A stretch of DNA of 43,234 nt from Octopus bimaculoides (Eukaryota): contig NC_068993.1 in the NCBI RefSeq assembly GCF_001194135.2, positions 45,052,746 to 45,095,979 on the forward strand. The letters run 5' to 3'. The position numbers and the translations under genes were made by a program. Position 1 is the stretch's first letter, and each line of letters opens with the position of its first letter. Shown here piece after piece: positions 1 to 10,796 of the stretch. Under the pieces are notes generated by a model, which saw nothing but the letters and a program-made list of their open reading frames with translations, ran no database searches and was not told the origin of the DNA.

Positions 1-217
1 CCATTTCGAGCGTGGCCGTTTTCGTGCGGGTGACACGTAAAAGCACCCACTACACTCTGAGTGGTTGGCGTTAGGAAGGGCATCCAGCTGTAGAAACTCT
101 GCCAAATTAGATTGGAGCCTGGTGTTGCCATCCGGTTTCACCAGTCCTCAGTCAAATCGTCCAACCCATGCTAGCATGGAAAGCGGACGTTAAACGATGA
201 TGATGATGATGATGATG
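1..217 (+). mobile_element. Retroposon family E 3' end with (GAT)n tail. Relatives at ~1380-1580(-), 1740-1925, 21560-21745, 23670-23820, 33625-34050 (mixed), 41930-42072
   Basis: Shared TTAGGAAGGGCATCCAGC..TAGAAA...AACCCATGC.AGCATGGAAA...CGTTAAA(T/C)GATGATG. The short tandem tail is of the RTE-associated type (inference). Confidence 0.8.
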
Positions 218-408
218 TACAAGTTACTTTTGTTGTGACAGTGTTGGCTAAAAATCTATACATATCTTCTGTATTACATTTTAGTAACAAAACAAAACAC
301 TTAACACAAGTTATTCAATATTTGATCTTGCTGCCAAGAAAATGTTAAACACACAAATTGATCTATTCAGTTTACTTTAGTCACTAATACTTATGGCTTT
401 GTGTACAG

Positions 409-488
409 CTGCGGAAGGAACTCTAAGCAGAGTTGAAACTTGCAGCATATCCAGCTGTGTTTTTCTCTTAGTACTTGTTATAATGTAA
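409..488 (+). CDS. Candidate terminal exon (-AEGTLSRVETCSISSCVFLLVLVIM-stop), hydrophobic tail
   Basis: TTTGTGTACAG acceptor, 25-codon frame, TAA at 486-488 and AATAAA at 596-601. The upstream exons would lie outside the window. Confidence 0.25.
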
Positions 489-2329
489 CATGTTGTATAT
501 ATCAACAAAATTTTTCACACATTAACATAATCTCCACAGATTAAACATTTTTTTTTTTTTTTAATATTTACATTTACACATTGGTCTAATCTCTGAATAA
601 ACTACCTACTTCAGTTGTTAGCTGTCAGTTTACTGCATCCTTCAAGAATTCCACATTTCCTGAATTCTGCCAACACTACTCTTGACATAACTGTACCCTT
701 TCCTCTTTATGGCTTTCTGTCCCCTCTTTCACCCCTTTTCTAATGAGGTGTATTACACCTGAGCACTGTTTATAATTAGCTCATTATTATAATTNNNNNN
801 NNNNNNNNNNNNNNNNNNNNNNNNNNNNNNNNNNNNNNNNNNNNNNNNNNNNNNNNNNNNNNNNNNNNNNNNNNNNNNNNNNNNNNNNNNNNNNNNNNNN
901 NNNNNNNNNNNNNNNNNNNNNNNNNNNNNNNNNNNNNNNNNNNNNNNNNNNNNNNNNNNNNNNNNNNTTTCATCCTTGATAGAATGAATATCATTTGAGC
1001 ATTGGGTAACGATGTAATCAACTTAATCCCTTCTCTGCTTGCTGGCCTTGTGCCAAAATTTGAAGTCTTTATGATTTTGCATAAGAATCTTTACTAGTTC
1101 ATAATAAAAAAAAAAAGCAGGTCATTTTATTAAATTCTTCCAAATTACTGATTATTTTTGCAATTCATTAAAAACAATCAAGAAAGGCTTAATCATCAGT
1201 TTCACATGTAAGTAAAAATGCTCAGTATTCTGGCACAGTGTGTATAATGGGATTTTTAGGTATTCATACCATTCCCAATGGCTTTAGATATGTAAAAAAC
1301 TGAATAGTTCTAACTAGAAATTAAACCAATTAGATGTGTAGGTTACATACCTCATTTGTTATAGTGTAGAAATTATCATCATCATTGTTTGAATGTCCTC
1401 TTTTACATGCTTGCATGAGTTGGAGAGAATTCGTTGACGCAGATTCTTTATGTCGAGATACTCTTCCTGTCCCAACCCTTGCACGTTTCCAAGTAAGGTA
1501 ATATTTCCACACGGCCAGAAACATTTTCCCAAAAGACTAGAAATGAAGGATACTACTTGTATGATGGTGAAACACCTTCGTAACTTGAAGAAAAAAGTGC
1601 CCACCATGAGATGAAGTATTGAATGCTGACCTCAAAACACAGCCTTATGAAGGAGATGATAGAAAGCCAAGATATGTGGTGCATTACTGTACTGAAGAAG
1701 ACCTGCTCACCACAACAGAATTGAGATCCTAAAACCAAGGTGCCACATAAAAAGTATTTGTGTGGGTGCTGGTGATGGTGCCATATAAAAAGCACCCAGT
1801 ATACTCTGTAAAGTGGTTGGCATTAAGAAGGGCATCCAGTTATAGAAATCAAGCCAAAACAGACTATGGCCTGGTGCAGCCCATGCCAGTTCCTGTTAAG
1901 CTGTTTAACCCAAGTCAGCATGAAGACCGTGTGATATCAAGACAAGAAGACACAAACTTCTTTCAAACTAATCCTTTTAATCTTCACACTAATACACATA
2001 CATGCAATTGGCTCCTTCCAGTTTCCATCTACCAAATCCACTCACAAGGCTTTGGTCAGTCAGGAGCTGTAATGAAAGACACTTACTCTGGGTGCCACAC
2101 AGTGGGATTGAACTTAAATCTATATGGTTAGGAAATGGTCATCTTAACCACACAGCCATGATGAGGCAAAACATGAAATGTAGAAAATATAAAAAACAAT
2201 AAAATAAAATAACATTTTAAAAATTTATTTTTAACAAAAATAGAGTAAAAACTTTAAAAAAATATTAGAAGAGACATTTGCTTATCTCTAACAGTATGTA
2301 TCAGGCCTGATAATGAAGACCTATGATCA

Positions 2330-2650
2330 AAGGTATTCCAATCATGACCATCCCACTGGTTATTTAAAAATAGTATATTTAGAATTACATTGTCCAGTTC
2401 CTTTTACCAGATGGTAGAATGTGATTACAGGGATGATTTACTGCTATTTCTAACAGGTCGAGTTGGGGGAGGGTGTCTGCCCTATATAAGAATCCGGGGG
2501 TGGGGGCACCCCTTGGGTCTGTTCCAAGATGGGACACACTCTAGCTACACAACTAGTGAAGAATAAAACACTTCACACACATTTTTAAGATGATAGAGTG
2601 CTACTAGAAGGATGTTTAGCTGCTATTTCTAGCAGGTCAAGTGACCATCT
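2330..2650 (-). repeat. Degraded dispersed repeat (GCTGCTATTTCTA motif). Related pieces at ~5085-5210, 6340-6445, 28430-28580, 29810-29925, 30330-30400, 32040-32145
   Basis: Recurrent (TTA)GCTGCTATTTCTA(G/A)CAGGT.GA / AGAAATAGC strings with similar flanks. Boundaries are approximate. Confidence 0.6.
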
Positions 2651-2974
2651 TGAACATCCGACTGACTCAAGTTTAATGACAATGGGCAGAAATGAGAGAA
2701 GTATGACACTTCACAAATTTATCACAATTTATCCAACCCAATGTCATTATGACCTTCAGTCAAAAATATTACCCAAATAAACATTTGTAGGGAAAAACCC
2801 CCATTAAATGTACAACAGTTTGGCTTGATATATTTAGGAAATATTCCATTATACCAAAGATTTTAAAAATTAGAATGTCCCAAACGAAAAGAAAAATATA
2901 TCAAAAGAATTTCTCCCCAAATATTTAGAAATCTTAAAACGCTATGGAAATTTTAAAAATCGGTTTTGATAGGA

Positions 2975-3385
2975 ACACTATTATTACTATAATTACATTC
3001 TGCGATTGCTTTAATTTATCTGAATTGCAGTCAAGTGTCAATCAGAGATGTCAAGAGACAAATTTTTGCATCTAAAAGTGGCAAATGGACGAGTTGCCAT
3101 GCAATTGGAAAAGATGATGCCTGTGTGTATAAAAGAAAAATTTCTTTATAAAATTATCAACAACACTGAATGAGTAAGACTGCATTTGCATGGAGACGGA
3201 GTCACATGAAATAAGTGAGGTACCCACAAGTATGATCTTTTGCAATTCACTGCCAAGAATTTGGTCTACATATTTGTTTGCACCTTTAAATACCATTCCT
3301 ACTGCTCTAATAAGAATACGTAATGTAGCTTTGAGATACCACATTCATCTGATTTCTATCTCCAAATCATTATTTTTATTATGCT
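2975..3385 (-). mobile_element. Older, degraded 3' end of the same R4/Dong-type LINE class, directly downstream of FPGT
   Basis: Translates to KNNDLEIEIR*MWYLKAT...AVGMVFKGANKYVDQILGSELQKIILVGTSLI, colinear with the 19.4-kb copy. It ends in a (TAA)n-like tail near 2975-2995. Confidence 0.7.
3375..3380 (-). terminator. Candidate FPGT polyadenylation signal AATAAA
   Basis: tttatt on the plus strand, ~40 nt downstream of the FPGT stop codon. Usage is unproven. Confidence 0.4.
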
Positions 3386-3418
3386 CTAAAGTAAATATAC
3401 TATGTAGAGGAAAGAAAT

Positions 3419-4953
3419 TTAATACTGAACATTAATTTTATCAAATAGTTTTTGTCTATATTTCAGCATTTCGTGAATAGCTTTATATTTGAGGATAGAG
3501 TTGATGGAAACTAATTGATAAGATTCTAGGTTTAAGGCCTTGCGATCATCATTAAAAGACATTAACATAGTTAATGCCAGTTGAAAAGACTCCGACATGG
3601 TGTCCGCAAGTGGGAAAATATCAACATTCCACAAACTAACCTCTGGTTGGTTTTTATCTGAAACAACCTGAGATTTTGGAATACTAAATTTATCTACAGC
3701 TTTGCCTAAAGTATCCCCCAAAAATGGGATGTTTGCAAAGTCTGTAAGTGGCACACACTTCTTAAGATTGTCTTTAATGTGGAAGATAATAGTTACATAC
3801 TTTAAATTGTCCTTGACAATAACAGGTATTGTATGCATAAAGGTATTTTCTGGGATTGTGATTTTTGATTCCTCAGAAATGGATCCAAGGAATTCACAGT
3901 TGCTCAGCAAACAGTTCTTTGAAACATGGATTAAACAATCAAAATTACAAAACTCTAATACTGCTAATGAAGAAATACAACTTCCAACAGGTAATAATGA
4001 ATGAATCAAACATCCCTCATTTTTACCTTTAAGATGACTTCTCTTAGCGACAGGCTCCGGTTCTTCTGATTGTTCATCTAACCAAACATTAAATGAATCA
4101 TTGCTTAAACCAAGACCAATCTTGAAATTATCACTTTTGCAAAAATTATGCAACATTTCTGGCATTGAGCCAATATGGAAAAACTGAGAAGAGTTCAAAA
4201 TAATTAGGTTTAAAGGTGTGCCTTTCAAAAGCTTGAAAACTTCCTTCCTTGTATTAAGCAGATCTCCACTTGCTGTAGTAATATTCTGCAAATTGTTCAC
4301 ATAATCAGATAAGGGATCAGTACCAAGAGCTTGTAGAAAATCACCATAAGCATCAATTTCACAATTGAAAGGTCCATGGCTCTTGGCATAAGTTAGAAGC
4401 ATCTTAGAAACTGAACTTGTGAAGAAGTATGCACTGTCTGTATATACAATAGAGTTTTTGGTATCATTTTCGTTATATATCACAGCACCTAGTTTACTCA
4501 TTGTCTCAACAGATGGCTTTTGCAAAACTGTTGTGCATTCAGCTAATTGCACATTTTCATTTACTGATCTTTTCTCTTTTACAATGTACACACCATGTCC
4601 AGTTCCAACTTCAATGGGGGATGGATGGGCTAGTGCAGTGAAACCTTCAGCTTTAAGAGACCAGTCACCTTCATTGTCCATGTTGTATGTGATAATGTCA
4701 TCTGCACAAGTCAAAAATATTCCAGGATTCATTTTTGGTACAAAAGGCCAGTAGAGAGCAAGTTTTATGTCAAGCATCTGGTAGCATGGGATTCCACAAG
4801 GAAGAACAGAGAAGATCTTACCAAGTATGCTGTTACTTGGAAGGCGTTTGCTAAGACCACCAGCATGAATTAACAGGATTTTCATAGAAAAGAATTTATC
4901 ACCATAGAATTTTTCCAGGAAAGACAAAGCTGTAAACGTGGCACCACCATTTC
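3419..4953 (-). CDS. FPGT: FPGT coding exon 3 (large terminal exon, NGG...KINVQY-stop)
   Basis: TTTTCAG|GA acceptor inside ORF 3419..4981 and stop TAA at 3421-3419. Motifs GNGG.T, LLIHAGG.S.RLP, LGKIF, TCADD, GFTALAHPS, GTGHGV, YTDS, CEIDAYGDFLQALG and FFHIGS are diagnostic of GDP-fucose pyrophosphorylase. The three exons total 1782 nt = 593 aa plus stop. Confidence 0.97.
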
Positions 4954-5428
4954 CTGAAAAGAAATGGATAATTAGCATCAAGATATTTTCTTAATAAATT
5001 ATTATTCTAAACATTTAATTTCTATGAAAGATAAAAATTTACAATCTCTGAAGTCTTGCACAGGTTGTGGTCGTTATTTAATTCCAGGTCAGTCCCGATT
5101 CAAGTAGATTATGATTAAAGTAATTCCAACCAGGACCGTCCTGACTTTTTAGGAGTGTGTACAATTACATTATCTACTGTGTCCTTAGGCCTGAACCTAG
5201 AACCATGTGGATGGAAAACATGCTTCTTACCACAGAGCCACAGCTGTCTATAATATTATTGGATCAATTTCAGCTGGACTGGAATGCAAAGATTAAGGGA
5301 TAAACTGGACACTTAAACAGATTTAATCCAACACTAAGCTCCCTCAATTACCTAGGCTAAAAATACTACTAAACATTTTATCTGGTATGCTAACGATTCT
5401 TGCCATAACAATTTACAGGATTTCTTAC

Positions 5429-5602
5429 CTAGTTTAACACCAGGTGGGTCAGAAATCACATGGATTTCTAGGTTAAGAGGTAACTCGTTTCTCTTCACTT
5501 TTGCTTCAATCTGGAGCTGATAACCTTGTTTCTGATCTTCGTCAGCAGTTGTGATGAGAACAGCATCCCAAAAAGGAGTATGTCCACTGTCTTTATTTTG
5601 CC
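5429..5602 (-). CDS. FPGT: FPGT coding exon 2 (G-QNKDSGHTPFWDAVLITTADEDQKQGYQLQIEAKVKRNELPLNLEIHVISDPPGVKL-G)
   Basis: TTTCATTTGTAG acceptor, G|GTAAG donor, 174 nt, phase 1-1. The FWD.V.IT.ADE.Q and H..DP.G.K.G motifs match FPGT/fucokinase-family N-termini. Confidence 0.93.
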
Positions 5603-7447
5603 CTACAAATGAAACAATATAGCATAGTATATTACATAACATGCATAACTTAGTGTTATGTATAAAACAGTAGTCCTGGGGTCGATTTGTTCAACTAAAA
5701 GGTGATGCTTCAGCATGGCCAGTCAAATGACAGGCAAGTAAAAGAGAATAAAAGAGAACCCATTGAGGAGTAACGGACATTATTCTTGAAGCATGGGAGA
5801 TAACAGTCAATGTTGTTTTATTACCTTATTACAGTTTAAATCAATAATCACTGCTTATAGCCTACTGACATTGTAACAACTAGCTTACTATATAGAATGT
5901 ACAAAAAAAAAAAAAAAAAAAAAAAAAAGAAAAAGCATTGAGCTGGACTGAAAAATAAGAATAATTCATTCTTTATTATTAACTGGTTTAAAAGTAACAC
6001 TCCAAGCAGACTTTTAAGTTATCTCCTGTGGAGGGCTAACTGGGCCTGCAGCCCCAAACTAAAGAGAGCTAAGTAGCATAACTATGATATGAATATAATG
6101 ACTATATGTCCTGGTGGTGTTTGAACATATGGTAAAGATGGATGAGAATTAATTCTCTAATGCAATGATTCTATTGTTCCAGTTCCAAGTTGAATTCCTA
6201 CTGCTGGCTAATTTGTACCAAAGTTCCTATCTCAATGTAAAATTAATGAAGCAAATGTCATTTATCTCCTCCTTGATATCTGATGTCATCTGACAAACAC
6301 CGACCAAGATAGTGTGAATCAGCCAAGCTTTACCTGGTAGAAATAGCAACCCAAATGCTTTAAAATCAGCTCACAATGCTGGATGTTCATGAACCAAATG
6401 AAGGGCAGACCTTCAATTCCAGGATCATCCTGATTCTAAAAAGGTATGTTTATGTAGAACAAATGTAGATTGAGATACAGTAGTCCCGGACAGACAGAAT
6501 TTTGCATATATTAAAACTTAATTAGTTTCCGTTTCTGAACTATACATATTCAGCAGAAAATTTGGTCAGAGTGGTTCAAAGTTATTTCACTATTTATTCG
6601 GAAGGGTTAAAATAAAAAAGAGTGTGGTAAGAGCGAAGCACCNNNNNNNNNNNNNNNNNNNNNNNNNNNNNNNNNNNNNNNNNNNNNNNNNNNNNNNNNN
6701 NNNNNNNNNNNNNNNNNNNNNNNNNNNNNNNNNNNNNNNNNNNNNNNNNNNNNNNNNNNNNNNNNNNATACCGCCAAATGCGGTACGTAATTGACAATCT
6801 GATGTGGAAGTGTAAAATGTGGATATGTTTTGATGAAAAAAGAAAATATTCAGAAGGAAGACGTCTGCCATAAGAAAAAAGGTCTAGCACCGTTATTTTT
6901 ATTAGGTGGAGCAACAGCAATATAGAAATTTCCTCGATTCATATATTTGGTTTTGTAATAATAGGTTCCTATGTTGCTGTTATTTAAGGAGTCAACGTTG
7001 AACCTGCAAATATAGTGGGGAAGTGTTCGAGACGTGAGCAGATGTGTTCTTTTGTTTATTCTATATAAACTATCTAGAATATTAAGAAATGTAATTTTTT
7101 TTACGGTAAGGCATAATTTAATAGCAATCTGACTGCTTTAGCTAGCAAATCGAACTCCCAGGTAAAGCAGTCGTTGCTAACGTATCTATAACTTCGTTAC
7201 ACAATATCCGCAAAACATGGACAAAACGACACGCTTGTTTTACTCTGATAAAGAAAATATAATCTCTCGAGGAAACCTCACTACATCCTCAACCATTGTC
7301 AAAGATACCAAGTGTAGGAGTTCTCAACCATGGGGGTGTGAATTATTTGGTACCAGGCTGCACAGAAAGAATATGAATTTTTTTTCGATTTTATTTCCCA
7401 TTGCAGTTAGCAGAATGCTTTTAGATGATTATATAGAAATATACACA

Positions 7448-7521
7448 TAATAGGTGTAAAACAATCTGTAGTAAACAAATGCGAAGACTCCAGTTTACTA
7501 CGCATTGTTTTACACCTATTA
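7448..7521. repeat. Hairpin with 29-bp stem (27/29) and 16-nt loop in FPGT intron 1; arm repeated directly at ~7588-7620
   Basis: TAATAGGTGTAAAACAATctGTAGTAAAC ... GTTTACTACgcATTGTTTTACACCTATTA. Confidence 0.85.
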
Positions 7522-7979
7522 CACTATTTTAAAATATTTCTTGTGACTGGGTCTTAAACTGGAGATTAACCACACACACACACACTGTAATAGGTGTAAA
7601 ACAAAGTGTAGACTCCAGTTGCCAAATTTCATTTTAAAATATCCAATTTCTGAAAGTTATGACCATCTTAAGCCGGGTGTGGGGCAGAAATCTGTATACA
7701 TGCAGAAATATATATATATCTCTATATATATATATATATATATATATANNNNNNNNNNNNNNNNNNNNNNNNNNNNNNNNNNNNNNNNNNNNNNNNNNNN
7801 NNNNNNNNNNNNNNNNNNNNNNNNNNNNNNNNNNNNNNNNNNNNNNNNNNNNNNNNNNNNNNNNNNNNNNNNNNNNNNNNNNNNNNNNNNNNNNNNNNNN
7901 NNNNNNNNNNNNNNNNNNNNNNNNNNNNNNNNNNNNNNNNNNNNNNNNNNNNNNNNNNNNNNNNNNNNNNNNNNNNAAC

Positions 7980-8158
7980 ATTTAACACTCACCGGTAAAA
8001 TTTCCACTTATTCCTTATTTTTATTTTCCTAAAATTCTCGTTGCGTCTTGCAACCTTATCAATAGTCAAAACTATTGATAAGGTTTCAAGACGCAACGAG
8101 AATTTTAGGAAAATAAAAAGAAAAATAAGTGGAAATGTTACCGGTGAGTGTGTTAAAT
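7980..8158. repeat. Near-perfect palindrome, ~87-bp arms, 4-nt loop (CAAA 8067-8070), in FPGT intron 1
   Basis: Arms compared by eye are ~90% identical with two small indels. Confidence 0.92.
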
Positions 8159-8820
8159 TTTAAGGCACAATAAGAAAATGACTCTCCCCAGACACAACAG
8201 AATATGCTTCAACACGAAATCACATAAAAAATCTTGCAAACCGAATCCAAAAACGAAATTATATATATATATGCATATATTACACACGTGTGTGTGTAAT
8301 AAATAAATTGTATATTACACACTGTGTTAAGTTACGCAAACCGTGGAAAAATTGTTTTGCATGAAACTGGTCCGGCGATGCAAATAAGGGCTGAGGACTG
8401 GTGCCTCAGGGTATAACGATACACTATAAATGTCGCCACGTACTGGTTAGAGACCAACAAAGTTTAGTGTCGCTCCTGGATACGTAGAACCCTGTCTTTT
8501 ATTAATTAATTTAATTTTTTGCAGTATTCCCGAGTAAATTATTTTAACGATTTGTTCAGTGTTTCTGACGTTTATAATTATTTTCCCATTATTCATCGTT
8601 TCAACTTTAGTACGGGTTAGCAGTATAAATGTGACAACGTTACCACAACCCACCCATGATGTGTGGAGCATACATACAACAAATATATCGATGTAGACCG
8701 GACATGAGGTGCAACATGCTTTTTCCGAGTTGTTACCTAAACGATACCATCATAAAATGAGCAAATGTTTATCTTGTTATCTTACAGGAAATAATCAGAA
8801 ATAAAATAAAAAAAGCTTAC

Positions 8821-8893
8821 CCCTAATCTTGTCATATTTACTGAATAAGTCCTGCATGAAATGCACAACTTTCGTGCGTTGGGGGGAATCCAT
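8821..8893 (-). CDS. FPGT: FPGT coding exon 1 (MDSPQRTKVVHFMQDLFSKYDKIR-G)
   Basis: ATG at 8893 and an open frame to a G|GTAAG donor (GT at 8820-8819). The 73-nt length gives phase 1, matching exon 2. The end (KYDKIRG) parallels the vertebrate FPGT N-terminus (RFSELRG, recalled). A second in-frame ATG lies at 8857. Not in the ORF track because it is short. Confidence 0.8.
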
Positions 8894-8960
8894 TGGAACG
8901 ACGTGTGACTGAGAGTTACTTCCCTTTGTTTAAATAACCTCTGACCTATTTAACGTCAGC
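8894..8960 (-). promoter_or_regulatory. Probable FPGT 5'UTR/core promoter with ETS-like GGAAGT (8918-8923) and a half-CRE ACGTCA
   Basis: Unique, relatively CpG-containing sequence directly upstream of the ATG. No clear TATA box. The motifs are short and could occur by chance. Confidence 0.35.
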
Positions 8961-9042
8961 GGCTTTATGCAAAAATCTTTTGTTGTGGTGTTTTAGTCCC
9001 AGGTGCGTTTAGTTGGACCATCCCATCATTTTTTTCTTCCTG

Positions 9043-9948
9043 AAACATAGTGTATCTAATTATTTGATATGAGGCAAAAGTTGGGGGCACTAAAGTTGGT
9101 ATAATCCAGTGAGGTGAGCTTGATATCTCACATGGACCCGTCTTGTAACAGACCAGAACGAATTATTACCAAAGTGCTTTTATTTTATTTATTTTTAAAC
9201 GAGCACTGAAAAAAAAAAACTGTAAGCAAAGCAGGTGATGCCAAAAAAAAAACACAGATTTTGTATTACCTTTAATAAAATCGATAAATTATCGATTTTA
9301 TTAATGTTACTCAGTGGAGGCGCAATGGGCAGCGGACTCGCGGTCATAGGATCGCGGTTTCGATTCCCAGACAGGGCGTTGTGAGTGTTTATTGAGCGAA
9401 AACACCTAGAGCCTCTACGAGGCTCCGGCAGGGGATGATGGTGAACCCTGTTGTACTTGTTCACCACAACTTTCTCTGTTTCTGTTGTGCCTGTGTCACG
9501 CTGAATATGCCCGAGAACTGCGTTAAGGGTACATGTGTCTGTGGAGTACTCAGCCACTTGCACGTTAATTTCACGAGCAGGCTGTTCCGTTGATCGGATC
9601 AACTGGGACCCTCAACGTCGTAAGCGACGGAGTGTCAACAACAACAAACAGAGTATCTAGTTATTTGATTTGAGGTAAAAGTTGGGGGCACTGAAGTTGG
9701 TATCATCCAGTGAGGTGAGCTAACTCATGGTGACATTTCATATGGACCGCGTCTTGTAACAGACCAGAACGAATTATTACCAAAGTGCTTTTATTTTATT
9801 TATGTTTAAACGAGCATTGAAAAAAAAAACTGTAAGCAAAGCAGGTAAGAAGTTTAATAAAATATGCAAGGTGATTCCAAAAAAAAACAAAAAAACAAAC
9901 AAACAGATTTTGTATTACTTTATTTATCTATTTTATTAATGTTACTCA
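9043..9948 (+). repeat. Direct duplication (9043-9313 and 9646-9948) exactly bracketing a SINE
   Basis: The two copies align along their length (5 differences in the first ~68 nt, plus some indels). Copy 1 ends at the SINE head and copy 2 starts at the SINE tail. Confidence 0.92.
9314..9645 (+). mobile_element. SINE family B (tRNA-derived head, (CAA)n tail), internally deleted copy
   Basis: GTGGAGGCGCAATGG...GGTTTCGATTCCCAGAC A/B-box-like head and ...GTAAGCGACGGAGTGTCAACAACAAC tail. Homologous to 22745-23130. Confidence 0.9.
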
Positions 9949-10510
9949 AATTGATGACTGACTGAAAAGGGGATCTGTAACTGCCAGTGAACTGCTGCTT
10001 GAACATAAGCTTAACCCATAAAGCGCTGGGATTTGCACTTACATAGCATGGACTGCTGAGCACATTTTATGAAAATGAGACTGCCATGCACACATGAAAA
10101 ACAAAAAATATATCTTCTTAGTATATAATGGTGGCAAGATTTACTTCATCTGAAAAGTCACTAGTTGAACTATTAGTCCTCTTGCATTCTGGGGGAGAGG
10201 GTTATCGAGGCGTTTGAGTGACATTAGACCCCAACAAACGCCCATAAATTAAATGCATCTATTTGGGCCACGATTATGACCTGTGCCTGACGGCCACGGT
10301 CGTAGCTCGTCGCGCTTTATGTGTTAAGGCTCGATCAACTTAGGTCGGGTCGCCTGGATGAGGGTGTATGTTGCAAAACCCCTAAATACCTAGTGGATGA
10401 CGACATATCTGCACAAAAATATTTGGGTGAAATAATATTAAAGTTTTATTGGTTGAATTCTAGTTTAAGCACCCCGTGTAACCCCTCATAAATTTTTTTT
10501 TAGCTTTTAG

Positions 10511-10796
10511 GTGCGAATGGGTAATGTACCACTCGAATTGAAAGAAGAATGGCTGATGACAGCCATAACGTATAATATGAAAGACGGGAAGATTCTGAAG
10601 GCTACAAGGACCCAGAAGGTAGATTACTGGGGATATAGTATCGAATTAACGATTCGGGCAACAACGGAGGACTTGAATCGTGTGGTGGATGAGATTGTGC
10701 TGCCGGAAGATGTGAAGCTGAGAGTTACTGTGGAGGATAGGCCGCCAGTGTGTTTCACATGTGGAGAAAGGGGCCACATGAAGGCATGGTGCACCC
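10511..10796 (+). mobile_element. Non-LTR retrotransposon ORF1-like fragment with CCHC zinc knuckle (VTVEDRPPVCFTCGERGHMKAWC)
   Basis: Exact C-X2-C-X4-H-X4-C motif preceded by V.VE.RPP and an N-terminal V..GNVP.E segment, as in L1/Tx1-like ORF1 proteins. The frame is open until the assembly gap at 10797. Confidence 0.7.

Noticed and set aside
3702-4754. Plus-strand ORFs 3702..4004 and 4419..4754
   Set aside because: Antisense shadows of the FPGT coding exon, with no recognisable motifs.
5352-5642. ORF-track start (MLCNIL..) and end (KKSCKLL..), and MMLIIHFFS at 4981
   Set aside because: These parts lie outside the splice sites and are intronic. The homology covers only 5429-5602 and 4953 onward.
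3419-8893. Bifunctional fucokinase/pyrophosphorylase (FKGP/Fkp)
   Set aside because: The protein stops after 593 aa with no GHMP kinase domain, which fits monofunctional FPGT.
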